DNA of 64,000 bases, from assembly GCF_001194135.2 (NCBI RefSeq), contig NC_068986.1:21480529-21544528 (forward strand). The letters run 5' to 3'. The notes beneath the pieces were generated by a model. It made no database searches, was not told the DNA's origin, and worked only from the letters and a program-made list of their open reading frames with translations. This DNA is from Octopus bimaculoides (Eukaryota). The position numbers and the translations under genes were made by a program. Positions 1-10,600 of this stretch are shown here, one piece after another; the first letter of the stretch is position 1; the number at the start of each line of letters is the position of its first letter.

Positions 1-38
<38 letters not shown>

Positions 39-242
39 TCTTTTACTTGTTTCAGTCATTTGACTGTGGCCATGCTGGAGCACCGTCTTTAGTCGAGCAA
101 ATCGACCCCTGGACTTATTCTTTGTAAGCCTAGTACTTATTCTATTGGTCCCTGTTGCTGAACCGCTAAGTTATGGGGACCTAAACCCACCAGCATCGGT
201 TGTCAAGCAATGTTGGGAGGACAAACACAGACACACATACAT

Positions 243-332
243 ATATGATGATGATGGTGATGGTGGTGGTGGCGGTGCCGGTGGTGGCAGTGAGGAGGAG
301 GAGGAGGAGAAGAAGAAGAAGAAGAAGAAGAA
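243..332. repeat. Compound trinucleotide microsatellite (GAT)(GGT)(GAG)(AAG)
   Basis: Read directly; explains the low-complexity ORFs here. Confidence 0.95.
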
Positions 333-610
333 TAAGAGCACTCAGAGAGTGCAAACCTCCGCCAAGGCAACACCCACATCCTCTCGACGATTAGCCAGAA
401 ATGGTTTTTAAAAAGTAAAAACACAGGAAAAATAATCCAGAATCATTGTCCTGTACCGGATCAATTCCCAAAATCTAATCAGTTCTTGCCAATCATGAGG
501 CCAAACATCCCTGAATGTTTCGTCTTGAGATATCTTGTCCACGAACAAACAAACAAACAAACAAACACAGCTGAAAACAATACTTCCACCTTCGCTAAGG
601 CGGAGGTAAT
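331..610 (+). mobile_element. Non-autonomous DNA element with asymmetric subterminal inverted repeat and 3' hairpin (Helentron-like, unclassified), copy 1
   Basis: acctccgcc at 355-363 is complementary to ggcggaggt at 599-607; 3' stem-loop at 582-607; related copies elsewhere in the window. Confidence 0.6.
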
Positions 611-741
611 AATAATAATAATACAAGGTTCTTTTTCCTTTCTTGAAATTTTACTTACATTTCAATGATCCACAATAATAAAAAAAAAAAACGCAGAATA
701 GTATTCCAGCTGTGACAGTTTGGTCAATATCTTCATTATAT

Positions 742-1345
742 NNNNNNNNNNNNNNNNNNNNNNNNNNNNNNNNNNNNNNNNNNNNNNNNNNNNNNNNNNN
801 NNNNNNNNNNNNNNNNNNNNNNNNNNNNNNNNNNNNNNNNNNNNNNNNNNNNNNNNNNNNNNNNNNNNNNNNNNNNNNNNNNNNNNNNNNNNNNNNNNNN
901 NNNNNNNNNNNNNNNNNNNNNNNNNNNNNNNNNNNNNNNNNNNNNNNNNNNNNNNNNNNNNNNNNNNNNNNNNNNNNNNNNNNNNNNNNNNNNNNNNNNN
1001 NNNNNNNNNNNNNNNNNNNNNNNNNNNNNNNNNNNNNNNNNNNNNNNNNNNNNNNNNNNNNNNNNNNNNNNNNNNNNNNNNNNNNNNNNNNNNNNNNNNN
1101 NNNNNNNNNNNNNNNNNNNNNNNNNNNNNNNNNNNNNNNNNNNNNNNNNNNNNNNNNNNNNNNNNNNNNNNNNNNNNNNNNNNNNNNNNNNNNNNNNNNN
1201 NNNNNNNNNNNNNNNNNNNNNNNNNNNNNNNNNNNNNNNNNNNNNNNNNNNNNNNNNNNNNNNNNNNNNNNNNNNNNNNNNNNNNNNNNNNNNNNNNNNN
1301 NNNNNNNNNNNNNNNNNNNNNNNNNNNNNNNNNNNNNNNNNNNNN
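742..1345. other. Assembly gap (N run) flanked by (TA)n
   Basis: N bases. Confidence 1.
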
Positions 1346-1408
<63 letters not shown>

Positions 1409-2929
1409 TAACATATAATATATCTTTTATCTTTTATTTGTTTCAGTCATTGGATTGCGGCCATGCTAGAGCACTGCCTTGAAAAATTTTAGTTGAACAC
1501 ACAGACCATTGAACACAATTTTTTTAAAGCCTGGTACTTATTCTATCAGTCTCTTTTGCTGAACTGCCAAGTTACGGGTAGGTATATATACCAACAATGA
1601 TTGTCAAGTGGTGGGGACAAACATAGACACAAAGACATAAACACACACACACACACACAATGGACTTCCTTCAGTTTCTATCTACTAAATCCACTCTGGT
1701 TGGCCTAAGGCTATAGAAGAAATCACTTGCCTATGGTGCCACACAGTGAAACTGGTTGGGAAGCAAGCTTCTTACCATACAGTCACAAAAATACACAGCA
1801 ACATTGGGCATCCTTTTATATGTATTTTTTGCAAATATAAACATTTATACTAATATTCACTGAAAATATTTCCTTTGAATACTTTGATATGAATCTAATT
1901 GGTACCTCACTGCCACCACCACCACCATCATCATTTCAATGCCTGCTTTCCATGCTTGAATAGGTCAAACAAAATTTGTGTCAAGCAGATTAAGTCTGGC
2001 CTGATATATACCAACCTCATCACCGACCCTTCATCTGTTTGCAAGCAAGGGAGCATTTCCTCATGACCAGACATTTTTACAGAAGACCAGAAATGAAAGA
2101 CTCTGCCTGTATGTCCATTTATAACTATCCTGCAACCTTAAGACAAGGTGACACAAACACACAGATACATACATATTTAGTTTCTGTGTACGGAATTCAC
2201 TCACAAAGGTTTGGTTGGCCCAGGGCTATAATGAAAGCCAGTTGCCCAAAGAACCACACAGTGGGATTGAACCTCAAACCAACTGGTTGGGAAGCGAACT
2301 TCTTAACCATACGGCCATCCCTGCCAAATTACTATATATATGGCTTATATGATCTAAACATAGAGGAATTTTCCTTAAACTTAGGAAAAAATTTCAATAT
2401 TGAATTTAAGTATATAACAACAAAACATCTAAATAACTGACAATATTTGGTATTTTTTATTAACTGTTTTTCTTTTAAATATCAAAATGAGATATATTTA
2501 AGTTTAAATCATAAAAATAAACAAAATAATACGTCATACACACATACAAATATACATACGTACATACATAATACATGCATACATACATATATACTTGCAT
2601 GCATACACACACAAACATGCATACACACACAAATATGCATACATATATACAGATATCCAACAGAAAATGAATTAACAGTGGAACTGCTTGTTAGAGAACA
2701 ATTTTAAGACAATTGTTTGTTTTTTTTTGTAAAAAGATAAAATACATTGATACAAATTTCAACAAATCCTTCTTTTAATTCTGCTGAAGAGTGTTTAAAA
2801 TAAAGCTTATTTGTAATAAACATGGCAATTACTGACTCAAATGAAGGATTTGAAGAAATAACAATCAATATTAAATTCCAAGAAAGGAAATTAAAAATGT
2901 CCAAGGAAATTATAAGACTGTTATTGTGA

Positions 2930-2962
<33 letters not shown>

Positions 2963-2981
2963 ATAGGTAATGGGTATATAT

Positions 2982-3305
2982 NNNNNNNNNNNNNNNNNNN
3001 NNNNNNNNNNNNNNNNNNNNNNNNNNNNNNNNNNNNNNNNNNNNNNNNNNNNNNNNNNNNNNNNNNNNNNNNNNNNNNNNNNNNNNNNNNNNNNNNNNNN
3101 NNNNNNNNNNNNNNNNNNNNNNNNNNNNNNNNNNNNNNNNNNNNNNNNNNNNNNNNNNNNNNNNNNNNNNNNNNNNNNNNNNNNNNNNNNNNNNNNNNNN
3201 NNNNNNNNNNNNNNNNNNNNNNNNNNNNNNNNNNNNNNNNNNNNNNNNNNNNNNNNNNNNNNNNNNNNNNNNNNNNNNNNNNNNNNNNNNNNNNNNNNNN
3301 NNNNN
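2982..3305. other. Assembly gap (N run)
   Basis: N bases. Confidence 1.
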
Positions 3306-3319
3306 TTTCACAAAATAAT

Positions 3320-3686
3320 AATAACAAGAGCACTCAGAGAGTGTGAATCTCTGCCAAAGCAACACCAATGTCTTCTCAATGATTAGCCAGAGATGAATTT
3401 TAAAATGAGGAATATCTGAAATAAACACGACTGATCTTACAAACACAAATACTAAAAATGAACCCGACTGCTCTCAAAAGTTAATTTTAAAAAATGGAAA
3501 AATAATCCAGAACCCTTGTCTGGTACCAGATTAATCCCAAAATCTAAATAGTTCATGCCAGTCATGAGGCCAAACATCCCTGAAAGTTTCATCCAAATCC
3601 ATTCAGCGGTTCTTGAGATATCTTGTCCACGGACAAACAAACACAACTAAAAACAATACCTCTGCCTTCACGAAGGCGGAAGTAAT
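3320..3686 (+). mobile_element. Same hairpin-ended DNA element, copy 2
   Basis: Shares the gagcactcagagag start, aataatccagaa...ccaaacatccctgaa core and ccttca-cg-aaggcgga end. Confidence 0.65.
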
Positions 3687-3719
3687 AATAATAATCCTTT
3701 CTACTATAGGCAAAAGGCC

Positions 3720-4175
3720 TGAAATTTACTACTGCATTCTCAAATTTTCATTCACACCACAAGACCACTTTGAATGAACAGCACATGGAATCTATGTTTC
3801 CACACTTTCCATTTGTGATGACAAAATATGAACTCCTGTTGAAATTTACATACCACGGACAGGAAGCATTTCTACCACTTTTACACACCACTTTCCTTGG
3901 ATAATGTAACTGTAGCTGAAACTATAACATCTTTATACATTTTTATTTTCATTTCTACATTCATTCTCCTATTTCCCTATATACTCCTTATTTGCTTCCT
4001 TTTCCAAAATAATTCCTCATATTGAACTCTAATAGTTCCCTCTATTTAATCATCTCACATTGTCTCTGATAAAGAGATATCCCTAATATCCCCGAAACAG
4101 CTGTAAAACTAACTTTCTCTTTATAAATGTCCTGAAAATTCCACACAGCTTTGGTTTTGTTGTCTCATTTCATTT
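3720..4175. mobile_element. Penelope-like retroelement remnant
   Basis: Pyrimidine-rich terminal-repeat-like segment with the CTGA..CCGAAAC motif typical of Penelope elements; no intact ORF. Confidence 0.4.
4062..4109 (+). ncRNA. Degenerate minimal type I hammerhead ribozyme motif in a Penelope-like terminal repeat
   Basis: gtct CTGATAA ag agatat ccctaatatcccc GAAAC agct GTA aaac; core CUGANGA carries G8A; palindromic ACAGCTGT stem III. Confidence 0.55.
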
Positions 4176-4216
4176 AACATATATATATATATACACACAC
4201 ACACACACTCACACAC

Positions 4217-4269
<53 letters not shown>

Positions 4270-4514
4270 AAACTACAAGATAATGTAATCTTTGATAGGC
4301 TATACCTTAACAGAAGCTTGCAGAAGAAAATAAATATGCTCTTTACTGTCAGACAGACACACTTCTTGTTCACTGTGAACCACTAAACTGTGTGAAATTT
4401 AAGTGCAATCTATTGTCAGTGAATACATTAACATATGTATAGCTATATACCTGACTCAGAGACAATATAATACAATACTTGTATGCGACCCAGAGAGACC
4501 ATGTCTTGACTTAC

Positions 4515-4607
4515 CCATGTCATCAGCTGCTAGTGTTAACAACTTTGTAGGGATTATTCCAATGTACAACATTTAATTCCATATCATCTTCCAATTCAGA
4601 CTGATTC
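4515..4607 (-). CDS. ZC3H14: Candidate ZC3H14 last coding exon (NQSELEDDMELNVVHWNNPYKVVNTSS, tandem TGA TGA) followed by a 3' UTR intron
   Basis: Strong ttttatttcattgtag| and ATGG|gtaagt; 27 open codons in the phase left by exon 15; first stop at 4523-4525. Confidence 0.58.
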
Positions 4608-7600
4608 CTACAATGAAATAAAATTCAAAATATTTTGATAACCAACTAAGAAGTGACTATAAATATTTCAAGGTTGACTAGAAAAACCTTGCTGCCACTT
4701 AATAGCTCAAAGCAATAAAACTATATACACACTTACAAAACATGTCAAACCTGGTAACAGGATGCAACTACAGGAACAGAACTGCCTGTCCACTCACTGG
4801 CAAGTACTTCACAAAAGGACTAAAGTACCATGTCAAAGTATTATCCAAAGATGGCTAATGGGAATTATATTTGGGTTACAGGAAATAGGTTCAACCTTTT
4901 AGCATTAGCATTTAAGTCAGCCATTCCCTGTCCAAATACTGTTTAATGATTAAACCAGCCAAATCCAGCCTCTCACACCTATCTTACAATGTCATTCTAA
5001 AAATGAACATCATTGAAATCTTAAAGTTATGAGATAATGCATGATTAATTCAGAATAATGTAAATCAGGGGTTCTCAACCATTTTAGACCCTAATGATTA
5101 CTACTTTATTCTGGTGGGCTCCTGTAGCCAGTTGATGTTTAAAAACTAATTTTATAGAATGTTATTTATTAATGTTTTCACACATCAACTTGTGTAGGCT
5201 GAATTATGTAAAATGTTAGAGAAAGAAACCCAGCTGTTTCTAACAATGCATACCAATACATACAACTAAAGCAATTTTTTTTTTCAGAGGCCCTTAAAAT
5301 ACTATTGTGGATCCCCAATTTACTATTATGTTGTGTGGACCCCCAAAAATCAGATTGTGAACCCTTAGGGATCATATGGATCCCAGTTGAGAACCACTGG
5401 TCTATATGTTAAAAGGTTAAAAAGAGAAAAGAAAGGAAATTTCCAGATTTTAATTAAGACATCAATAAACTGACTCGAAAACTGGCATAATTTCTAGTCA
5501 GTTATTAACACATAAAGCATGACGGTCCACAATCATGGCCGTCAGGCACAGGTCGACAGGCCATGATCGTGGCTCAGATAGATGCATTTAACTTACGGGC
5601 GTTTGTTGGGGTCTAATGTCACACAAATGCTCCAATATCCTCCAGAATGCAAGAGGACTAATAGTTCAACTAATGAATTTTCAGATGATGTAAAACTTGC
5701 CACCATTATATACTAAGAAGATATTTTAACTATTTTTTTGTTTTTTTATATATGCATGGTAGTCTCATTTTCATAAAATGTGCTCAGTAGTCCATGCTAT
5801 GTAAGTGCAAATCCCAGCGCTTTATGGGTTAAACTTATTTAAACAGCTGTCCACATAGTTGTGGGTAGTGTCATTAAGGGGCTTGCTTTGCAAACATGTA
5901 GTTTCGAGTTATGTTCTCTTATGCAGCACTTCAGACAAGTGTTTTCTAATATAGCTGACATTGTGATGGAATTTCGTAGGTTGGATACTGTGAGGAAGCC
6001 GGCCGTATATCTGTGTGTATGTGGGGTAGTGTCTCTGTGTGTATGCCTTTGTGTTTATGCTTGTCACTTGCTACCAACTGCTTGGCAACCAGTGATTCAA
6101 CTTAGTGATTCAGTGATTTGTCAAAAGAGATTAATAGAATAAGTGCTACACATAAAAAAAGAAACACATAAGTACTATATATCTAGCTAGGTCGTCCCAC
6201 AGGACGCCCCCAAGACTGTTTTCACGCGTTTTCCCCATTCATCTAGATCTTCCATAATGGTCCTCAACACCTGTACCCCTTCCATACCGGCATCCTCTAG
6301 CAAGTTGTCGATATAGGTCATCTTCTTCCTTCCTCTCCTGGTTCTTCCTTCTATTGGGTGCCAGAGCACTAACTTGTTAGCAATTTCATCAGTGTGTCTG
6401 ACGCAGTGTCCAGCTAGCCTCATCCTTCTACGTAGGTACTAAAGTCAATTTATTCGACTAAAACCCTTCTAGGCAATGCCCCTCCTCCCCCCCAGCATGG
6501 CCACAGTCCAATGACTGAAGCAAGTAAAACGTAACAGATTAAACATGAGCATTTTGAGGGTAACATTAATTTGGGTTAACCAACAATATCTCGATAAATA
6601 TTTTTTTTCTATTTTGAAAGATCTGTTGGTGTAGGAGGATGTTTGTTGTTGAAATACACAATGATTATAAATAATTATTTTCTGGTTCAGTGAACATTGT
6701 AGCTCTGTAATGAATACTGAAATCTTTTGTGATTTTTTTACTTTAATTTTGTTTACAGGGATTTTACCATGCTCTATATATAACTACTAAATCTCGTAGC
6801 TATCCACAATTCAACCAATAAGGTGTTGTAGATGACAAAAGACCCCGTATCCGGTTCAATGTTTGTTGACTTCAACAACTATGTCAGCAGTAATATGCTT
6901 GGCTGTGGTTAAGTGATTGGGTAAATTTTAAAAGGAAAGCATTAGCTGATTGTTATTGCTTATCAACAGAAGTACCTGGACGTCTAAAGAATTCAATTTT
7001 CTGGCCATTCATCTTTTATCTTTTACTCGTTTCAGTCATTGGACTGTGGCCATGCTAGGGCATTGCCTTGGAGAATTTTCAGTCAAACAAACTCATTACT
7101 TGTTTTTTAAAATTTGGTACTTATTCTATCAGTCTCTTGTGCCAATCTGCCAAGTTACAAGGAACAACACTGGTTACCAAGCAATGGAGGGGGACAGACA
7201 CAGACACACAAATACCTATATGACCATCATCACCATCATCAGTTAATGTCCATGTTCCGTGCTGGCATAGGCTGGAGGGTCTGACAGGATCCAATGGGTT
7301 CAAAGACTGCATTGTGCTCCAGTGTCTGCCTTGGCATTGTTCCTACGACTTGATGCCCTTCCTGACACCAATCATTTTACAGTGTATGCAGTGTGCTTTA
7401 TTTTTGCAGCACTGCACTAGTGCAGTTCTGAGACAGCTCACATGGCAACAAAATCTGTGATGGAGGGTGGCTTTAGGCCGGGAGTTGTGAGTTTAAGGCA
7501 TGAGAAGTAGGTGGGGGAGAACAGGTTCTTGATGTTGAGGAGCTATGTGGCTACTCGTGAAGGCGCAATGGCCCAGTGGTTAGGGCAGCGGACTCGCAGT

Positions 7601-10600
7601 CATAGGATCGCGGTTTCGATTCCCAGACTGGGCGTTGAGTGTTTATTGAGCAAAAACACCTAAAGCTCCACGAGGCTCCGGCAGGGGATGGTGGCGAACC
7701 CTGCTGTACTCTTTCACCACAACTTTCTCTCACTCTTACTTTCTGTTTCTGTTGTACCTGTATTTCAAAGGGTCAGCCTTGTCACACTGTGTCACGCTGA
7801 ATCTCCCCGAGAACTATGTTAAGGGTACATGTGTCTGTGGAGTGCTCAGCCACTTGCACGTTAATTTCACGAGCAGGCTGTTCAGTTGATCGGATCAACT
7901 GGAACTCTCGACGTCGTAAGCGACGGAGTGTCAGCAACAACATGTGGCTACTCACATTTAGAGGAGAAAGTGAGATTGAATCATTGGAAACTGTAAAGAG
8001 ATAAATAGTGGTGATGGGGTGACCAGGTGTCCCCCTCAAGGTATGAGGTGAGTAGAAGTGATTAGGGATAGAGAAACTAGGAGTGTGAGTGGGGAGCTTG
8101 CATGAGCGTATGAGGTGGGGGAGGGGAGACACAAGAGATAGGCGAAATGGGAAAGGGGAAGGAAGTAGGCAACAGCTGTAGGGTGGATGGAGGGAGTGAT
8201 GGACAGAAGGGTTGGTTGGAAGGTGTTAATTCAGATAAATTTAACCCATTAGCATTCAAATTATTCTGTCAAATGTCATGCCTCTTTATTCACATTGCTT
8301 TGAAATAATTGTGAATTATCTCATAGTTTTGAAATTTCAACGATATGATTGTTTATTTTTAGAATGACAATGTAGGGTAGATGTAACAACAGGCTGGACC
8401 TGGCCAGTTTGAACAAAAAAACAGATAGAATATTTCGGCTGGATATGACTGGTTCGAATGCTAAAGGATTCAAACAGGAAGTTTGTATCACAGAATCAGG
8501 GTTAGGCTTAGGTGAGTTAATTGGTTTCAAATTTTGGCACAAGGCCAGCAATTTTTCTTTGGGGGGGGGGGCTAAGTTGATTACTTCAACCCCAGTGCCC
8601 AACTGGTACTTAATTTATCAACCTTGAAAGGATGAAAGGCAAAGTCAATCCCAACAGAATTTGAACTCAAAAAGGACAGATGCATGAAATGTCATTAAGC
8701 ATTTTGCACAGCGCGCTAACAACTCTGACAGCTCGCTGCCTTTTAGGTGAGTTAATATCAATAGAATTAAACACACACAGACACTAATCCTGATCTTAAT
8801 TATCTCTCCCAAACACAGCCAGAACAATACTCACCAACCTCACACATCCTGCCTCGTTTTTCTTTCTCATTTCTCATCAGAAAACAGAATGTAAGACTTT
8901 ATCAAATGCCTTCCATAGATTCAATGGAGTTGTGATTCCTTGCCATAATACAAGCTTACCATATTTGATGGCCTGTAGAACAAACATTTTCTACAAAAAA
9001 AAATGTCTCAAAAAGACCCCCCAAAAAACCACCCTGGCTCATATATGCTAAGTTGGGCCTATACATGTTTCAATGTGCTAAAAATGCCTTTTCCTGAAAA
9101 TGCACTGCTCAAATTGGGGTTTATCTATTATGCCAGTGTGTCTTTTATGCCATCAAATATGGTAATCTGCATACTAGACCACCCAACATTATTATTGTAT
9201 TTCTATAACTTTTATAATGTGATCTATTAACTACAGATTCTTATGATTTAAGGTACTCTAGATATCTCATAAACACTGCACTATTAGCTTAGGCTGTTTT
9301 ATATACAACCGTTTTTGACACAAATACAATTATCACCACTACTACCATCATTGCCACAGCCACAGTGACCACCACCACCATTGGCATTAACACTAACTAC
9401 CACAGTCCCTACCGTAGCTACAGCCACTGTCACCACCACCACCATTACTACTATCACCATCACTACTGCTACCACCATCATCATTATCACTTCTACAGAG
9501 AGAGATTAAATTACAAGTACGCTATGGTCATTCTTTGATTAGAAAATTAAAACTGCAAACATACTCAGCTCTGGATTTCTCTGCTTTCCATCGTAGTTGA
9601 TTTTTGCTTGGTAATGGTGGATGGTAAAAGGTGCAAAATGTTTTATTTGTACAACTAATACCATACCGACAAGGCTGGAGAAGAAAAAGAGAAAAATAGA
9701 CTCCTTGATTATATATATACACACACACACATATAGATGTAGTATAAAATTAATGCGGGCAGCTGAGTACAATATAAACCATGTCTTGTAGCTAGTTTCA
9801 TGTCTTGAGTTACAAGACAAGCTCCTTGCTCCAGTTTTAATAAAAAAAAAGCACATCCTCTACAACATGTATGGGGTACACCTTTCTCATTTGTCCAACA
9901 TTAAGCAATGTGCGTGTGATGGGGTGTATATATGGCTGTATCTATTACACACACACATATAAAACACTGGAAACCATAATTGATTCTAAAAAATTAAAAG
10001 CAATTTGACTAAGAAATTATACTTCTGACTACACTGAAGTTGAATGAGGCCCAACAAGGTCAAAATCACATTCTTTCAGTGATTATATCCATATATATTC
10101 TGTAAAAAGTTATTACTGAGTAAGCTTCAATAAACTTCTTTCTTTCAGAGACTACACCTTGCACTTGTGAGAGGCACAAGGATGAATGCGGTACGTATCA
10201 AATTAGTTGGAGAATTTCTGTGACATTGTTTCACTATTATGTCTTTGGAAGCCGATGACACCTGTGGCCATTAGGGCTGACACTTTCCTCCACCCTTAAA
10301 GTAAAAGCAGCCCTAAGAAGATTTGTCTGAGATCCTTAGCCATAGTGTGTTGCTTGAAAAAATCTGGGAGACATCAGTATGACTCAGTTAAATGAAGCGC
10401 AGTACTTGATTCATAATGGAGGCATGTGGTATTGTGGATAGAGTGTCGCACTCATGATCATACAATTGTGGCTTTGATTCCTTGACTGAATGATACATTG
10501 TGTTCTTGAGCAAAACACTTCATTTCCCCATTGCTCTAGTCCACTCAGCTGGCAAAAATGAGTAATCCTGCAATGGACTGACATCCCATGTGGTGGAGGG

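Noticed and set aside
145-424. ORFs with poly-D/G/E/K or poly-R/H runs
   Set aside because: Translations of a SINE end plus trinucleotide microsatellites
2704-2930. Hydrophobic minus-strand ORF of about 70 aa
   Set aside because: AT-rich, no start or splice support, no recognisable homology
662-3446. Long ORFs full of X
   Set aside because: Artefacts of N gaps
5517-5585. SECIS-like ATGA...GA arrangement on the plus strand
   Set aside because: Helix is too long, the AA motif is misplaced, and no plus-strand gene is evident
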